This document shows, one piece after another, positions 60,541 to 64,000 of a stretch of DNA of 64,000 bases. Position numbers and translations under genes: made by a program. Source of the stretch: Alphaproteobacteria bacterium (GTDB lineage: Bacteria; Pseudomonadota; Alphaproteobacteria; Bin95); contig OZ219787.1 in NCBI GenBank assembly GCA_964291285.2, positions 608,001 to 672,000 of the forward strand, read 5' to 3'. The notes below the pieces were generated by a model. It made no database searches. It was not told the origin of the DNA and saw only the letters and a list, made by a program, of their open reading frames with translations. Each line of letters opens with the position of its first letter. Position 1 is the stretch's first letter.

Positions 60541-61920
60541 GTGACCGACATCTTCCTGGCCGATGCGCCTGACGCCGTGCCTGTCCTGATCGTGGACAAG
60601 GAAAGCCTGCAAGGCTGGCTGGAGAGCGCCGCGCCGGCCGCACGCAACTGGGTGGCCGCCAACGGCTTCGAGGCGGAAGCCGGCAGCGCCCTGGTGCTTC
60701 CCGATGCAGACGGCAGGCCCTCCTGTGTGCTCGCCGGCTCGGACGGGCCCGGTGACATGTGGGCCCTGGGCGGCCTGCCGCGCAGACTGCGCAGCGGAGC
60801 GTTCCGCATCGAGAACGATCTCGACGCTGCGGAAGCGACGCGGGCGGCGACGGCCTGGGGGCTCGGCTGCTACGCTTTCGACGCCTATTCCGACAGCAAA
60901 GGCCGCAACCATGCGAGCCTCCTCTGGCCTGCGAATGCCGACCGGAACGCCGCCCTGGCGACGGTCGAAGCGCAGTCGCTGGTGCGCGACCTCATCAACA
61001 CGCCTGCGAACGACATGGGGCCGGAGCGGCTGGAAGCCGCCGTCCGGGAACTCGGCGAGCGCCACGGGGCGCGGGTCTCGGCCATCGTGGGCGATGAGCT
61101 GCTCGCCGCGAACTACCCGACCGTCCATGCCGTCGGCCGCGCCGCCGCCATTGCGCCGAGGCTGATCGACCTCGTCTGGGGAGACGAAGACCGCCCGAAA
61201 CTCACGCTTGTCGGCAAGGGGGTCTGTTTCGACAGTGGCGGGCTGGACCTGAAGCCCCCTGCCGGCATGAGGCTGATGAAGAAGGACATGGGCGGCGCGG
61301 CGAACATGCTGGGACTCGCGCACATGGTCATGTCGACTGCCTTGCCCGTCCGGCTCCGGCTGATGGTGCCGGCGGTCGAGAACAGCGTGTCCGGCAATGC
61401 CATGCGGCCCATGGACGTGATCCGCACGCGCAAGGGCCTGACGGTCGAGATCGGGAATACGGATGCCGAGGGCCGGCTCATCCTCTGCGATGCGCTGGCC
61501 GAAGCCTCGGGCGAGACGCCCGACCTGATCCTCGACTGCGCAACCCTGACCGGCGCCGCCCGGACCGCGCTCGGCGCCGACCTGCCGGCGCTCTTCTGCA
61601 ATGACGACGCCGTGGCGGCGGCGCTTCTCGAAGCCTGCGAGGCGGAGCAGGACCCGGTCTGGCGGATGCCGCTTTTCCAGCCCTACCGAAAATTGCTCTC
61701 CAGCGATGTCGCGGACATGAACAACGTGTCCGACGGGCCGCTTGCCGGGGCGATAACGGCGGCGCTGTTCCTGGAACGCTTCGTCGAGCCCGGCACGCCC
61801 TGGGCGCATGTGGACATGATGGCCTGGAACCGCGAGAACCGGCCCGGCCGGCCGCGCGGCGGCGAGGCGCAGTTCATCCGCGGCGCCATGGCCATGCTGC
61901 GCCGGCGCTATGCCGTATAG
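60541..61920 (+). CDS. M17 leucyl aminopeptidase family protein
   Basis: AGGAG RBS, GTG 60541; LVGKGVCFDSGG, MKKDMGG, NTDAEGRL, ATLTGA. Confidence 0.92.
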   Translation: MTDIFLADAPDAVPVLIVDKESLQGWLESAAPAARNWVAANGFEAEAGSALVLPDADGRPSCVLAGSDGPGDMWALGGLPRRLRSGAFRIENDLDAAEATRAATAWGLGCYAFDAYSDSKGRNHASLLWPANADRNAALATVEAQSLVRDLINTPANDMGPERLEAAVRELGERHGARVSAIVGDELLAANYPTVHAVGRAAAIAPRLIDLVWGDEDRPKLTLVGKGVCFDSGGLDLKPPAGMRLMKKDMGGAANMLGLAHMVMSTALPVRLRLMVPAVENSVSGNAMRPMDVIRTRKGLTVEIGNTDAEGRLILCDALAEASGETPDLILDCATLTGAARTALGADLPALFCNDDAVAAALLEACEAEQDPVWRMPLFQPYRKLLSSDVADMNNVSDGPLAGAITAALFLERFVEPGTPWAHVDMMAWNRENRPGRPRGGEAQFIRGAMAMLRRRYAV

Positions 61921-61926
61921 CCGCCC

Positions 61927-62895
61927 TCAGTAGAACAGCTTTCTCCGGTCCATTCCCTCGTAGAGATGGGCCACGAACTCGCCATAGCCGTTGTAGAGCA
62001 GGGTCTTGCGGCGCTCGTCGGTGCCGATCATGCGCTCGGTCGCCTGGCTCCAGCGCCGGTGCGGCACCTCCGGGTTCACATTCGCCCAGAAGCCGTATTC
62101 GCGGCCCTGCACCTTCTCCCAGAAGCTCTTGGGCCGCTTCTCGGTGAAGGTGAAGCGGACGATCGACTTGATCGACTTGAAGCCGTATTTCCACGGCAGC
62201 GCGAGGCGCAGCGGCGCGCCGTTCTGGGCCGGCACCGGCTTGCCGTAGAGGCCGGTGACGATGAAGGCGAGCTCGTTGGTGGCCTCTTCCATGGTGACGC
62301 CCTCGACATAGGGCCACGGATACCAGAACTCCTTCTGGCCGGACGCCATGTCCGAGTCGTTGAAGGTCTCCATGCGGACATATTTCGCCTTGGCGAGCGG
62401 CTTCGCGAACTCGACCAGCTTCGCCATCGGGAAGCCGGACCAGGGCACCGCCATCGCCCAGGCCTCGACGCAGCGGTGGCGGTAAAGGCGCTCCTCGACG
62501 CCCATCTTGCGCACCAGGTCGTCGAACCCGATCTCGATGGGTTTTTCGACGTCGCCGTCGAGATGCACGGTCCAGGGGCGGATGCGCAGATTGTCGCGGG
62601 CGCGCTTCCAGATGCCCTTGCTGGAGCCGAATTCGTAGAAGTTGTTGTAGGTGGTCGCGACCTCTTCAGGCGTCAGCGGCCGGTCGAGCGTATAGGCCTC
62701 GTTACGCGGTCCCGGGTAGAGGTCGGCAGTCGGGTCCGATTCCGGCGTGGCGGCGCGCGCCGCAAGAGGCCATGCCGCCGCCGCGATGCTGCCGGCCGCC
62801 GCCGCCTGGATCAGCCGCCGCCTGTCGCGGAATACCGCCTCCGGCGTCGCCTCGCTCTCGGGCAGCTCCCAGCCCCGTCGTCTCAGGATCTGCAT
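61927..62895 (-). CDS. msrP: Protein-methionine-sulfoxide reductase catalytic subunit
   Basis: Tat signal RRRLI, YNNFYEFG, RHRCVEAW, NGAPLRL..PWKYGFKSIKSI, EYGFWANVNP, HRRWSQATER. Confidence 0.93.
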   Translation of the reverse strand: MQILRRRGWELPESEATPEAVFRDRRRLIQAAAAGSIAAAAWPLAARAATPESDPTADLYPGPRNEAYTLDRPLTPEEVATTYNNFYEFGSSKGIWKRARDNLRIRPWTVHLDGDVEKPIEIGFDDLVRKMGVEERLYRHRCVEAWAMAVPWSGFPMAKLVEFAKPLAKAKYVRMETFNDSDMASGQKEFWYPWPYVEGVTMEEATNELAFIVTGLYGKPVPAQNGAPLRLALPWKYGFKSIKSIVRFTFTEKRPKSFWEKVQGREYGFWANVNPEVPHRRWSQATERMIGTDERRKTLLYNGYGEFVAHLYEGMDRRKLFY

Positions 62896-62967
62896 GCCGT
62901 GCACTCCTTTGCCCATCTTGACGCAACAAATGCGCGGGAAATGCCCCGGCCGCCAATCACTTTCCTG

Positions 62968-63999
62968 TTATGCCGGCTGAGCCGCCGGGCGGACGATGGG
63001 CTTGTCGGCGATGGGCAGATGGATGATCGCGGCGAAGACACCGAGCGCGATGTTGATCAGCCAGATCGCTTCATAGCTGCCCGTCTGCTCGTACAAGTAG
63101 CCGCCGAGCCAGGCGCCCGAGGACGCGCCTGCCTGGTGGCCCAGAAATACGATGCCGAACAGCGTGCCGAAATAGCGTATGCCGAAAATCTGCCCGACGA
63201 TCCCGGAGGTGAGCGGCACCGTGCTGAGCCATGCGAGGCCGAGGCCGGCGGCAAAGATGAGCGTCGTCGTCGTCGTGACAGGCGTAAAGGCATAGACCGC
63301 GAACATGAGCGCGCGCACCGCATAGAGGCCGCTCAGCAGGTATTTCTTGCGGTACCGGCTGCCGAGGAAACCGACCGCGATCGTGCCGATCAGATTGCAG
63401 ATGCCGATAACACCGATCGCCCAGCCGCCCGTGTCGGCCGGCAAGCCGCTTTCGGTGATGAATTTGGGCAAGTGCGTCACGATGAACTGCACGTGGAAGC
63501 CGCAGACGAAGAAGCCTGCGGTCAGCAACAGGTAGCCGGAATGGCCCCTTGCTTCCGCGAGCGCCTCGTGCAGGCTCTGCTCCGCTTCCATGCCCCGTGC
63601 CGGCGTCACCGGCCTGCTCCGCAGTACGGCAGCCAGCAGAGCGACGATGGCCATCAACCCCAACAGGGACAACAGCCCGGTCCGCCACCCGAAAGCCTCG
63701 ATAATGTGGGGCGCGGCCGGCGCGACGAAGAACTGCCCGAGCGAGACCCCCGTCGCCGTCAGCGCCATGACCAGGGGGTGGCGGTCCCTGGGAAAGGCGC
63801 GCACCACGGCCGTCATCACGATGGGCATGCCGCAGCCGGCGGCCCCGAGGCCGACCAGCAGGCCCAGCGAGAGATAGGCTCCTTCGGGCGTCTCCATGCG
63901 GCTGGCCCAGTAGAGGCCGGAGGCGTAGATCGCGCTGCCGATGAGCAGCGTCCGTCCGGTTCCGAAACGGTCCGCCAGCCAGCCGAAGAACGGCTGCCC
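62968..63999 (-). CDS. MFS transporter, 5' end beyond the window
   Basis: Frame open to the edge with GWLADRFG motif A; GFFVCGFHV.FI.THLP, WLSTVPLT, HQAG.S.GAWLGG. Confidence 0.9.
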   Translation of the reverse strand, partial: GQPFFGWLADRFGTGRTLLIGSAIYASGLYWASRMETPEGAYLSLGLLVGLGAAGCGMPIVMTAVVRAFPRDRHPLVMALTATGVSLGQFFVAPAAPHIIEAFGWRTGLLSLLGLMAIVALLAAVLRSRPVTPARGMEAEQSLHEALAEARGHSGYLLLTAGFFVCGFHVQFIVTHLPKFITESGLPADTGGWAIGVIGICNLIGTIAVGFLGSRYRKKYLLSGLYAVRALMFAVYAFTPVTTTTTLIFAAGLGLAWLSTVPLTSGIVGQIFGIRYFGTLFGIVFLGHQAGASSGAWLGGYLYEQTGSYEAIWLINIALGVFAAIIHLPIADKPIVRPAAQPA

Positions 64000-64000
64000 G

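Overview
GC-rich alphaproteobacterial chromosome segment (Rhodospirillales-like by gene order and protein style; host or niche cannot be shown from this sequence). A conserved minus-strand core at about 5.9-39.2 kb reads tRNA-Leu, tig-clpP-clpX-lon-hupB, tRNA-Val, [a sugar-type ABC transporter], tRNA-Asp, nuoA-N, birA-coaX-rnj-mce-DUF1467-tag-proS-lolC/E-lolD. It is flanked by catabolic genes: two family III CoA transferases, two TauD/TfdA dioxygenases, enoyl-CoA hydratase, GMC oxidoreductase, a hydantoinase A-type gene, a UbiD-family decarboxylase, a CitE-like lyase and MFS transporters. An accessory block at about 49.0-57.3 kb holds a complete ISAs1 (17-bp IRs, 10-bp TSD), an MpaB/Lcp-type heme oxygenase plus MMPL/RND transporter pair, and a complete 2,425-bp IS1595-family element (23-bp IRs, 8-bp TSD) whose only passenger is a beta-class DNA methyltransferase fused to a C-terminal HNH nuclease. 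That element is the best candidate for an undescribed system. The second candidate is a stand-alone IS630-type HTH gene (3.4-3.8 kb) downstream of a sigma70-like promoter overlapped by an exact alphaproteobacterial LexA box, with 33-bp direct repeats in its leader. hspQ carries a 5-bp duplication frameshift. No rRNA genes or CRISPR arrays were seen. All family calls are from motif recognition by eye; no searches were run.
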